Shown here piece after piece: positions 1-7,560 of a DNA stretch of 57,062 bases. Numbering within the stretch: the first letter of the stretch is position 1; each line of letters starts with the position of its first letter. The stretch is taken from positions 1 through 57,062 of the IMG/VR virus record IMGVR_UViG_3300031623_000006; one strand, written 5' to 3'. Both the position numbers and the translations under genes were made by a program. Source of the DNA: a virus (lineage: Duplodnaviria > Caudoviricetes). Below the pieces are notes generated by a model. It worked only from the letters and a program-made list of their open reading frames with translations. It did not search any database and was not told the DNA's origin.

Positions 1-2
1 GC

Positions 3-317
3 CGTGGAGAATTGCCCACAAATTACCATTTGACCTTCAGCCGATCGGAATCGAATGAACGTCGCGCTATTGAGATCCTAATGCTGGGTGGAAACGTTGC
101 GACCGTATTCGAACGGACGTCGCGCTACAATCCGACAATTCCCGCAGAATGGCACGGGTTCCAGGTTGTCGATGGCGACAAAACCGACCTGCGATTCCTC
201 GAAGGCACGCAAGGCAAGGTTATCGGCTTGTACTTCAAAGGCAATAGCGACGATTCCACCGGATTTGTTGTGCCACTGGCAGACGCCCGACAGCCGCTAT
301 TGTCCGCAATTACATAG
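3..317 (+). CDS. C-terminal part of a GP88-like phage protein (5'-truncated)
   Basis: Frame is open from the window edge; NYHLTFSRSE...GGNVATVF...VVDGDKTDLRFLE...VIGLYFKG matches my recollection of GP88-family C-termini. Confidence 0.7.
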   Translation, partial: RGELPTNYHLTFSRSESNERRAIEILMLGGNVATVFERTSRYNPTIPAEWHGFQVVDGDKTDLRFLEGTQGKVIGLYFKGNSDDSTGFVVPLADARQPLLSAIT

Positions 318-325
318 GGTAAACC

Positions 326-490
326 ATGGCCGAGCGGTTGAAGACAGCCACAAAGGCCCTCGTGGCCCTTGTGCGCGACGTGGCCGATACCATCATCAAA
401 GGAATCCCGCTAACCACAGGCGACGTTGACACTTTGCGATCGGTTGCCGATGCCGCGGAGATCGAACTCGAGTCTAAAGACACTGTCTGA
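326..490 (+). CDS. Small hypothetical early protein (54 aa, MAERLKTATKALVALVRDVAD...)
   Basis: Translated by hand (below the ORF-track cutoff); fills the gap between the previous gene and the first spacer repeat. Confidence 0.55.
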   Translation: MAERLKTATKALVALVRDVADTIIKGIPLTTGDVDTLRSVADAAEIELESKDTV

Positions 491-538
491 AATGCCGCCA
501 GAAACCATCATTGTACCCGTAACATGGAGAAAAGACCG

Positions 539-889
539 ATGCAAGAGTATTACACTTTTCACACTGATCCAGGACACGGCTGGCTCGAAGTGGAATTCGC
601 CGAACTTGAACGGCTTGGAATTGCAGGGGAGATCTCGCACTATTCCTACCGGAACGGAAGCATCGCATATCTGGAAGAGGATGGCGATGCGGCCCGGTTC
701 GCCAATGCCAAGGCGGCTGCAGGTGAGGAATTCGCCGATCACACTGTTAACGTCAACCATTCCCACAAAATCCGCAGCTATCGACCGTACACCGTACCTG
801 AACCGAAATTAGGCCGAACACCATTTCCGGCGCATTGTGCCGCCAGTGGCGATTGGATTGGACCGTCAGACGCTGATCCAGGCATGTAG
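539..889 (+). CDS. Conserved-looking phage hypothetical protein (DPGHGWL...LEEDGD)
   Basis: GGAG then GACCGATG start at 539; the DPGHGWL-V...IS-YSY...YLEED motif pattern is common in phage early genes. Confidence 0.75.
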   Translation: MQEYYTFHTDPGHGWLEVEFAELERLGIAGEISHYSYRNGSIAYLEEDGDAARFANAKAAAGEEFADHTVNVNHSHKIRSYRPYTVPEPKLGRTPFPAHCAASGDWIGPSDADPGM

Positions 890-973
890 ACAACCAACCT
901 CCCCAACCTCGGGTGCAAGGCGAGCGCAGATTTGGCTGACCCCGACCACCTTTCTTTAGCTGGAGACGAGACC

Positions 974-1207
974 ATGTGGGTAAGAGGATGCGAAGGCGCG
1001 CCAAGTTGGATTCACCCGTCGATTTTGAAGTACGAGCGAGACCTGTTCGCCGGGCGGATCCGATGTCCGTTCAAGATTGACCGGAAGTTTGTCTCGGGCG
1101 AAGACGCGAAGCCAACCGGGCAGGTCGCGGCGGCCATTCTGTTGGACAAGACCACCGACAGCTTCCTGCCGATTGCGTTGACGCCGACCGGCAAGATTAA
1201 GTGCTGA
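974..1207 (+). CDS. Hypothetical early protein
   Basis: GGAG...GAGACCATG start; bounded by spacer repeats. Confidence 0.6.
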   Translation: MWVRGCEGAPSWIHPSILKYERDLFAGRIRCPFKIDRKFVSGEDAKPTGQVAAAILLDKTTDSFLPIALTPTGKIKC

Positions 1208-1295
1208 CGATAGCCGAACCAACTCCCCGCACGGGTGCAAGACGTGCGGCCAATTGGTCTGACTGTTTCCTTCAATCTCTAACTGGAGCCTTGCG

Positions 1296-1706
1296 ATGAT
1301 CGACAAGCTTAAAGAAATCGCCCCGAACTTTGTGTTTTCTGTGAGTCGAGAGATTGACGAATTGCATGTTTGGGACGGCGATGGACCCGATCCAACTGAC
1401 GATGGATTTGATCCGTTCGAGGTGACCGTCACCGCTCGCTGCGTTGTCGGTGGCGAGATCATCGAAGGAAATGCCTACATGGGCGGTTCCTACTTCAAGT
1501 TCGGTGAACCGTGTGGCGATGTCGGCGGATACCTGCCACAAATGCTTGAGGAAGCCGCTTCCGAACTGGGAAACTCTCACCAGTTTTTGGCAATTTCGAC
1601 GTGGAGAACATCACATCATGGAGAACTGCAAAACGCTATCGGTTTCATTAAACGAGAAATGAAACGAGAAATGTTAGACCGGTATCAGGCACAAGTGAAT
1701 AAGTAG
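1296..1706 (+). CDS. Hypothetical early protein
   Basis: TAACTGGAG ribosome-binding site; 136-aa ORF bounded by repeats. Confidence 0.7.
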   Translation: MIDKLKEIAPNFVFSVSREIDELHVWDGDGPDPTDDGFDPFEVTVTARCVVGGEIIEGNAYMGGSYFKFGEPCGDVGGYLPQMLEEAASELGNSHQFLAISTWRTSHHGELQNAIGFIKREMKREMLDRYQAQVNK

Positions 1707-1786
1707 CCACAACCAACCTCCCCAACGTGGGGAGGCGAGTTCTGCTTACTTTCCCTTTACCCTCACCTTAACTGGAGACCTGACCG

Positions 1787-2317
1787 ATGACGTTTGAGCA
1801 ATTCCAGCGAACCGGCTCCCACACCGATGACCTCGGCGCAATGCTGCGAGACGAATCGTGGATCGGCATTGCCGGTCGCATCTACTGCGGCACGCTGTTC
1901 ATCGCCCTCGACGAAGGTCGCTGGTCGGTCCTGATCGGCAATCAAGAGCCGTATTTCGATAACCTGCAGGATGCTGAGTTGTACCTCTTTGGATTCGCCA
2001 CAAGCGAAGGAATCGACCTGCCGTTGTGGTTCAAGGAGTTCTGCGACTACCGAGACATGCCCGCAATCCCGACCGACTGGGAAGACGTGAGTTGGCACAA
2101 CGACGTTTGCCCGTCGTTCAACTACGAGCCACATTTTCTCATCAACGCCAAATCGGCAGCCGTGCGAATCTTTGTTGACTACCTCGACGAATCGCTCCGA
2201 GAATGCCAAGGACACAAGCGATTCACAGCGTACCACAACAACGAGGAATTGATGCAACCGATTGGCTCTATGCTGATCGAAACCGACAACTGGTCCGAGC
2301 TATTGGGAGCGATCTAG
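1787..2317 (+). CDS. Hypothetical early protein (W-D-SWHND-CPSF motif)
   Basis: TAACTGGAG...GACCGATG start; 176-aa ORF. Confidence 0.75.
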   Translation: MTFEQFQRTGSHTDDLGAMLRDESWIGIAGRIYCGTLFIALDEGRWSVLIGNQEPYFDNLQDAELYLFGFATSEGIDLPLWFKEFCDYRDMPAIPTDWEDVSWHNDVCPSFNYEPHFLINAKSAAVRIFVDYLDESLRECQGHKRFTAYHNNEELMQPIGSMLIETDNWSELLGAI

Positions 2318-2490
2318 TGACTACCGAAACCATCCAAATTGTTGATTGCGGCGGGAAATACGAGGTACACCCAGCGGCGGACGGTGCAACGTGGTGCGTT
2401 GTCAACAGCGAGACCGGCGCGGTGCGAAATGAGGCCGTCACGCGACTGGCTGCAATTGCTCTCGCCAAAGAACTAAACGCAGGCGATTGA
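2317..2490 (+). CDS. Small hypothetical protein
   Basis: GTG start overlaps the upstream TAG; ends just before a spacer repeat. Confidence 0.55.
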   Translation: MTTETIQIVDCGGKYEVHPAADGATWCVVNSETGAVRNEAVTRLAAIALAKELNAGD

Positions 2491-2544
2491 TTAGACCGTG
2501 CCGCCAGAATACTCGCGTAAACCATTATTGAGAGGATGAAACCG

Positions 2545-2730
2545 ATGATCGGAAATCTTGATCTACATGAAATAATTGACCTGTGCGATGGGGGCGGAGG
2601 CATGATGGAAGCCGAGGCGCAACGCTTTAAGTCAATCGTGTTGGGTAGCGAATGGGGGGACACAAAGACGTCAGACATCCCTAACGGCGAGTGGGGGCGC
2701 ATGCTGGACGAGGCGACCATCGAGGAATAA
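2545..2730 (+). CDS. Small hypothetical protein
   Basis: GAGAGG...ACCGATG start; bounded by repeats. Confidence 0.6.
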   Translation: MIGNLDLHEIIDLCDGGGGMMEAEAQRFKSIVLGSEWGDTKTSDIPNGEWGRMLDEATIEE

Positions 2731-2772
2731 TGCCGCCCCACTACCCGCGTAAACCACTAACGAGGCCGACCA

Positions 2773-3021
2773 ATGACCCGTAAAGACCTGACGATCTACA
2801 CCGCAGCAATCCTGACGACGCTGGACGAGGAGCCTAGCGGTGGTTGCCCAGAATCTCACCTGTACATCGCGCTGGGAATGGATTTGCAGAAGTGGCACGC
2901 CGTCAGAGATTTCCTGCAGTCGTTCGACTGGATCACAATCCGCGTGAACTGGGTGGAAATCACCGCTGAAGGGCGGGACATTGCCGCCAAAGTGACCGCT
3001 GCACAGTCCGCACCCGCTTGA
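2773..3021 (+). CDS. Small protein, possible winged-helix fold
   Basis: GAGGCCGACCAATG start; helical core ending WITIRVNWVEITAEGR resembles a wHTH wing. Confidence 0.6.
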   Translation: MTRKDLTIYTAAILTTLDEEPSGGCPESHLYIALGMDLQKWHAVRDFLQSFDWITIRVNWVEITAEGRDIAAKVTAAQSAPA

Positions 3022-3025
3022 TGCC

Positions 3026-3084
3026 GCCAGAATGCACACCGTGGCGCACGGTAGCGCGTGCTTCACATTGTCTATTTTGCAGCC
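3026..3084 (+). repeat. 59-bp direct repeat, copy 1 (hairpin ACCGTG-GCG-CACGGT)
   Basis: 58/59 identical to 4869-4927 by direct comparison. Confidence 0.97.
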
Positions 3085-3109
3085 TGTAACCTTTTAAGGA
3101 GTGGAGATC

Positions 3110-3445
3110 ATGAAGACCAAAACCAAAGCAACGCACACGCCGGGACCGTGGGTTGCCACATTCGACCACGCGACCAACAGGACCGTCGTTCAGAAAAGTG
3201 AGTTCGGGCCGTCGCCGCTGATTATGGAAACACCCGAGAACGGGTTGTCGCTGGATGAAATCGCCGCAAACGCCCGATTGATTAAAGCCGCACCCGAACT
3301 CTTACGGGACTTGTCCGAAATGATGGAACTCGCACAGGCTATCGTTAACAACTGGGAGAAAGGCGATTTGGCACAAGCCGTCATCGACTTGGAATGGTAC
3401 ACCGTCAATAAGGTTGCCGAGACCCTCGACGCCGCCACCAACTAA
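3110..3445 (+). CDS. Phage hypothetical protein of the HTPGPW...ANARLI-AAPELL type
   Basis: Characteristic HTPGPW and NARLIKAAPELL motifs; AAGGAG/GGAG upstream. Confidence 0.8.
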   Translation: MKTKTKATHTPGPWVATFDHATNRTVVQKSEFGPSPLIMETPENGLSLDEIAANARLIKAAPELLRDLSEMMELAQAIVNNWEKGDLAQAVIDLEWYTVNKVAETLDAATN

Positions 3446-3538
3446 ACGCACCGATAGCCGAACCAATCCCCCGCACGATTAGCGACCGTGCGGCCCAGCG
3501 TGTACCGTTTGAAACCCCTATTGAGAGAGGCAAGAACC

Positions 3539-3712
3539 ATGAAGCACATCGAACCAGATCAAACACTCACAGTTGTGGAAGTTGAGGGACACCACGGAGA
3601 ACGTGGAGTCATCCTCACCGTCACTGTTGAAGACGACGACGGCGACCTCATCACTTTCGACATTGAGGCTCGCGGATTGCCGGGCAGCTATGCGAGCAGT
3701 GACCGCGCCTGA
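3539..3712 (+). CDS. Small hypothetical protein
   Basis: GAGAGG...ACCATG start; bounded by repeats. Confidence 0.6.
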   Translation: MKHIEPDQTLTVVEVEGHHGERGVILTVTVEDDDGDLITFDIEARGLPGSYASSDRA

Positions 3713-3759
3713 AATGCCGCCAGTCTAACCCGTTCCCCCTAACCTTTGAGGCACGACCG

Positions 3760-4005
3760 ATGAACCGACCGACACGAGAAACGCGCCAGACACTGACAGG
3801 CCACCGGCGCGATGACCTTGACTTTGCGATGATGTTATTCAATTCCAATTGGAACTACCGACACGCGGCAACAGCCTATTGGCGCGCGGTTCATCGACAC
3901 TACACCCGCGAAGCGATTACGACCATTCGACGCATCACCGGCCGACGGCGCAAGCGATTGACGTTTCCGGCTATCGACTGGACCGTTTACGAATCATCAA
4001 TTTGA
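3760..4005 (+). CDS. Small basic hypothetical protein
   Basis: GAGG...GACCGATG start; bounded by repeats. Confidence 0.6.
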   Translation: MNRPTRETRQTLTGHRRDDLDFAMMLFNSNWNYRHAATAYWRAVHRHYTREAITTIRRITGRRRKRLTFPAIDWTVYESSI

Positions 4006-4057
4006 AATGCAACCAGTCTGTTTCCCGTTTCCCCCCTCTTGCTGGAGCAGAGAGACC

Positions 4058-4285
4058 ATGATCACCCAAGATTGCATCGACCGAATGTTGCCCATCGTCG
4101 CGGATTCGTGGGAGCAGCTGCGCGGCTGCGACGTCTTCCGGCTGCTTGACTCCATTTCCTACGAGTCCCGCGAGTCTCTCGACAATGCCGCGCGGATCAT
4201 CGTCGGCAAGCGACCTGATCTGCTCGACCGCGTTGAGGATGCCGCCAGTGAAATACGTTGTGATCGCACCGAATTGCTCGTCTGA
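4058..4285 (+). CDS. Small hypothetical protein
   Basis: GGAG...GAGACCATG start; bounded by repeats. Confidence 0.65.
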   Translation: MITQDCIDRMLPIVADSWEQLRGCDVFRLLDSISYESRESLDNAARIIVGKRPDLLDRVEDAASEIRCDRTELLV

Positions 4286-4327
4286 AATGCCCCCACTGCC
4301 CGCATAAACCCCTAATGAGGCCGACCA

Positions 4328-4651
4328 ATGCCAGCATTTTCACACTTCACAGGCTTACGCTGCGGACCATTCGCCGGACTACCGAAGTCTAAACCTCGCC
4401 GGGACCCGCTTATCTGGCGTGAATTCGCTGCACACTCGGACGGTTTTGTGCCAGCAGTGCGCCGGCAGTGGCATTTTGTCGGCACGTCGCGCGGCCAGAA
4501 ATGCCGAATGCAAGTGGAGTTGATCCGCGAGCTAATCGCCGGACGCTATGCCGTCCAATGCGTTTTTGCCATGAACGCCCTCTATTGCCCCGATGACGCC
4601 AACCTTGACGACCTGGAACCCATCAACGAATACCGAAAGGCGAACCAATGA
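4328..4651 (+). CDS. Hypothetical protein
   Basis: GAGGCCGACCAATG start, identical to the context at 2773. Confidence 0.65.
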   Translation: MPAFSHFTGLRCGPFAGLPKSKPRRDPLIWREFAAHSDGFVPAVRRQWHFVGTSRGQKCRMQVELIRELIAGRYAVQCVFAMNALYCPDDANLDDLEPINEYRKANQ

Positions 4652-4869
4652 ACGCAACGCCCGTCGAATACGACCACAATGGCAACACCGTCGCAGGCTG
4701 GATTATCGACAGTATGGAAAGCCCACTAACCGGAAAGCTACGATTTCTCGTGGCCGATAGCCCCAACGACTGCCCAACCGTTGACGGGAAATGGGTTGAC
4801 GCGATCGACTGCGAAGAACCCGAGGAACCCGGTTTCCGCAACGGACAGTGCTTGAGTCAATTCATCTAG
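4648..4869 (+). CDS. Small hypothetical protein
   Basis: ATGA overlap with the upstream gene. Confidence 0.6.
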   Translation: MNATPVEYDHNGNTVAGWIIDSMESPLTGKLRFLVADSPNDCPTVDGKWVDAIDCEEPEEPGFRNGQCLSQFI

Positions 4870-4927
4870 CCAGAATGCACACCGTGGCGCACGGTAGCGC
4901 GTGCGTCACATTGTCTATTTTGCAGCC
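4869..4927 (+). repeat. 59-bp direct repeat, copy 2
   Basis: 58/59 identical to 3026-3084. Confidence 0.97.
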
Positions 4928-4953
4928 CGTAAACCTTTTGGGGATTTGAGATC

Positions 4954-5304
4954 ATGACGCGACAAGTAATCACAGACGGATCAGGTAGTTGGTTTGACGA
5001 TGCTACGGCGATTAAATTTGACGAGGACACCCGGTGGGACGGCAACAACCACATCAGCTTGGCGACCGGATCACAGTGGGATCACCAGTGGTTGTACTTC
5101 ACTAAATCGGAAAAGTGGGTGTTGCACGGTGACAGCCAGTACCAAGGCGGTGGGGAATCCTACGCGATTATCGACGACGATGAGGCCGTTAATTGGCTGA
5201 TCCAGAACGGATACGCTGGCCGATACAGGGCCGCCGAACTTGAAAAACTTCCCGCGAATATCCGCGATCAGGTCAACGCGGGGATCGCGTCACTTGAAGT
5301 TTGA
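4954..5304 (+). CDS. Phage hypothetical protein (WDGNN-IS-ATGSQW-HQ-LY)
   Basis: 116-aa ORF; start context GAGATCATGA is shared with the gene at 3110. Confidence 0.75.
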   Translation: MTRQVITDGSGSWFDDATAIKFDEDTRWDGNNHISLATGSQWDHQWLYFTKSEKWVLHGDSQYQGGGESYAIIDDDEAVNWLIQNGYAGRYRAAELEKLPANIRDQVNAGIASLEV

Positions 5305-5362
5305 GACCAACTAAACGCGCCGCCAGACGGTGTATTCACTACCCTAAACTGAGGTTGACCAA

Positions 5363-5767
5363 ATGACCACGACAACATTCGACAGCGACCCGCGCAGCTT
5401 TGCAATCGAACTAACCGAGTCCGGTATGGTGAGTGCCGACCACTTGCTGCTTTGCGCCCTCAAGTACATGAGTCACGACGACTGCCGGGATATGCTGGAC
5501 TGTAACGAACTTTCCCCCCGGTTTGACGAGGAAGAGGAAGACCATGAGGAATTTGAGTTGGAAGATAAAGACGACGTTCGCAATGCATTTTGGTCCGACA
5601 ACTATGCGATCGAGTGCGACCGAGACGACGCCAAGTCGCAGAACGACTACAACGCCACCATTCGCACCATGTTCGTTGACTGGCTGGACAATGCGCACCG
5701 CACCGGCAGGTTGAGTGATGGCCTGGCCTCAGAACTGGTCTTTAGAGACGGCGATGTGGCCCTGTAG
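5363..5767 (+). CDS. Acidic hypothetical protein, probably two fused modules
   Basis: GAGGTTGACCAAATG start; two segments joined by a D/E-rich linker. Confidence 0.7.
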   Translation: MTTTTFDSDPRSFAIELTESGMVSADHLLLCALKYMSHDDCRDMLDCNELSPRFDEEEEDHEEFELEDKDDVRNAFWSDNYAIECDRDDAKSQNDYNATIRTMFVDWLDNAHRTGRLSDGLASELVFRDGDVAL

Positions 5768-5844
5768 GGAACCCCCAAGGCTGCGCCGTCACTTGGGCGG
5801 CGTATGCTTGGCGATTCTATTTCCTAACTTGAGAGGCTACGACC

Positions 5845-6114
5845 ATGACAAATTACCGCGAATTGATTCTAGCTGCAATGAACGACAACCAAACCGACCT
5901 TGACCGCATCGCCGCAGGTATCGCGCAGGCGTCCGGGCTGCTGATTGCCAACACTCACGCGCCGGGACCGTCCGATTCAGTCACCGTCACCAAAGACGGC
6001 TGGATTGCCGCGACCGTGGAACTCGCCCGACTTGAAGCGTGGGTTACTGGACTCAGCGAGACCCACAAAAGCCTACTCGACGACGGTCCCGACCCAGACG
6101 ACGTACACGCATAG
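5845..6114 (+). CDS. Hypothetical protein
   Basis: GAGAGG...GACCATG start. Confidence 0.65.
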   Translation: MTNYRELILAAMNDNQTDLDRIAAGIAQASGLLIANTHAPGPSDSVTVTKDGWIAATVELARLEAWVTGLSETHKSLLDDGPDPDDVHA

Positions 6115-6159
6115 ACCGTGCCGCCAGACTACCCGCGTAAACCAAACGAGGATAAGACC

Positions 6160-6444
6160 ATGACCCAACGACCGCACGGCGAACACCCCACGCTCGGCGT
6201 CTGTGATTGCGACGACTGCCAGGCGTGGGACGAGGCAGAGAGGCACGAAAAAACCACGGACACAGCAGACCGCGACGAGTTTGTGACGCTGTTCGCAACG
6301 TGGCTATTGGATTCCGGCTACGCTGCCGTCACCACCGACGCTGAACGCATGGCTTGGGATTTCGTCTGTGGGGCGTGGAACGGAAACGCCGACTTGGCTG
6401 AGTGGGCCGCAGCATACGACGACGCAAACAAAGCAACCGAATAA
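6160..6444 (+). CDS. Hypothetical protein with CxCxxC motif
   Basis: GAGG...AGACCATG start; contains HPTLGVCDCDDC. Confidence 0.65.
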   Translation: MTQRPHGEHPTLGVCDCDDCQAWDEAERHEKTTDTADRDEFVTLFATWLLDSGYAAVTTDAERMAWDFVCGAWNGNADLAEWAAAYDDANKATE

Positions 6445-6555
6445 ACAACAGGCTGACCACCACAACCATCCATCCCCAGTCGCGCACGCAAGTCGTCGCT
6501 TTGGTCAGCCTCCGATAGCGTGTGGCGGCTGGGGAGTTTTCAGGAGGACTGACCA

Positions 6556-6657
6556 ATGATCGAAGTAGACCCTCTCGTTGTGGATACAGTCATTGCCGCA
6601 TTGCTGGGCGGCTTGGTATTGGGAATCGCGTACCTTTGGATCGGGGGTGACCTATGA
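6556..6657 (+). CDS. 33-aa single-pass membrane peptide
   Basis: AGGAGG site; hand translation MIEVDPLVVDTVIAALLGGLVLGIAYLWIGGDL. Confidence 0.6.
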   Translation: MIEVDPLVVDTVIAALLGGLVLGIAYLWIGGDL

Positions 6658-6863
6658 AGGCTGGAATCTACCGACTGTCGCGCGGGTATTATCGCGGGTA
6701 TTTTGACCTAATCCGCGAGAGTCACGACGGCTTGACGCTGGAATTTGAGGAGGTGCAGCGGGTGAAGGGGGCAAGGGTGCGCGGGAAACGCATCTCAATT
6801 CGTGCCGCCAGTCACCGCATCACTCGCCCCAGACAGACAACACTGCGGCGTAAACTCGGCTGA
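6654..6863 (+). CDS. Small basic hypothetical protein
   Basis: ATGA overlap with the membrane peptide; followed by a terminator. Confidence 0.55.
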   Translation: MKAGIYRLSRGYYRGYFDLIRESHDGLTLEFEEVQRVKGARVRGKRISIRAASHRITRPRQTTLRRKLG

Positions 6864-6876
6864 CTCCATCGCAGCC

Positions 6877-6910
6877 AAAGCCCATCGACTCACAATCGGT
6901 TGGCTTTTTT
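6877..6910 (+). terminator. Intrinsic terminator closing the early gene array
   Basis: Imperfect stem AAAGCCCATCGA...TCGGTTGGCTTT followed by a T run. Confidence 0.7.
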
Positions 6911-6918
6911 CGTTGACG

Positions 6919-6946
6919 TTGCGTGATATGGAGAAAATCGTATAAT
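6919..6946 (+). promoter_or_regulatory. Sigma70-type promoter, probably giving a leaderless XRE mRNA
   Basis: TTGCGT (6919)-16 nt-TATAAT (6941); ATG lies 6 nt after the -10 box with no room for a ribosome-binding site. Confidence 0.65.
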
Positions 6947-6952
6947 GTGGAA

Positions 6953-7183
6953 ATGAAAACAGCGACCACAGAAACGGCAGCCGGCATCTTGGCTCGCAAC
7001 GTCAAGCGACTTCGCCTCTCTCGCGGCTGGTCACAAACGAAGCTGGCGCACAAGATGGCCCGCCCGCAACCGCGAATTTCCGAGATCGAACGCGCTGAGT
7101 TTTGTGTCGGCACGAGCGTGATTGACGCACTGGCTGAAGTGTTTGGCGTGTCTCAGTCATCGCTGCTCAGGAACCATTCTTAG
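6953..7183 (+). CDS. XRE-family helix-turn-helix regulator (cI/Cro-like)
   Basis: LARNVKRLRLSRGWSQTKLAHKM...ISEIER...LAEVFGVS is a canonical HTH_3 pattern. Confidence 0.92.
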   Translation: MKTATTETAAGILARNVKRLRLSRGWSQTKLAHKMARPQPRISEIERAEFCVGTSVIDALAEVFGVSQSSLLRNHS

Positions 7184-7211
7184 AATCAGTAATATTTCTG
7201 CACAATGTGGC

Positions 7212-7240
7212 TTGCAATCATACGACCTATCGTCTAACCT
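7212..7240 (+). promoter_or_regulatory. Putative sigma70 promoter for the TIGR array and tas gene
   Basis: TTGCAA (7212)-17 nt-TAACCT (7235). Confidence 0.5.
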
Positions 7241-7241
7241 T

Positions 7242-7278
7242 CCCTCGTCTGATGTGAATCGGGCGAGGGTTTTTTATT
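7242..7278 (+). terminator. Intrinsic terminator between the XRE gene and the array
   Basis: 12-bp stem CCCTCGTCTGAT/ATCGGGCGAGGG (2 G-U), 4-nt loop, then TTTTTTATT. Confidence 0.8.
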
Positions 7279-7279
7279 G

Positions 7280-7549
7280 GAGTGCCAACCGAGCTTGGGG
7301 ACTGAAACAAGCCCACCGCGTGCCAGCCATTCCATCGGACTGAAACAGGAGTCAAGAGCGCAACCAGACACTCGGCCTGAAACATTGTCCAAGCGTGCAA
7401 CCATCAGTTTGGACTGAAACAACCTAATCGCGTGCAACCACGGTGCTGGACAGAAACACAAGCCGCGAGTGCTAACCAAGCCGGCCGACAGAACCACAAT
7501 ACTTGAGTGAAACCAACGTAGGCGACTGAAACAGAAACACCGCGTGCAA
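7280..7549 (+). ncRNA. TIGR-like dual-repeat guide RNA array, upstream part (7 units)
   Basis: Alternating repeats G(C/A)GTGC(C)AACCA and GAC(T/A)GAAACA separated by unique 8-nt spacers; period 37-38 nt. Confidence 0.92.
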
Positions 7550-7560
7550 AGGAAACCGAA

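Larger units (their letters stand above)
491..6555 (+). repeat. Dispersed intergenic repeat families separating the early genes
   Basis: TGCCGCCAG-like motif just after stop codons (493, 2499, 2731, 3022, 3715, 6119; variants at 4008, 4288, 5318), often followed by ACCCGCGTAAACC-like sequence, GAGG/GGAG and GACC(r)ATG; longer exact pairs are listed separately. Confidence 0.9.

Noticed and set aside
491-6555. Integron cassette array with attC sites
   Set aside because: The spacers lack the paired RYYYAAC...GTTRRRY ends, and the integrase at 40827 is distant and shows no evident IntI-specific insertion.
6861-6871. Possible self-target of guide unit 2 (TGACTCCATCG combines parts of reverse-complement B2 and A2), and a GATAGCCGA match of spacer B9 to the repeats at 1209 and 3453
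   Set aside because: Matches of 9-11 nt with free choice of unit, order and overlap are expected by chance in 57 kb. I found no full A plus B match by eye, but the search was not exhaustive.
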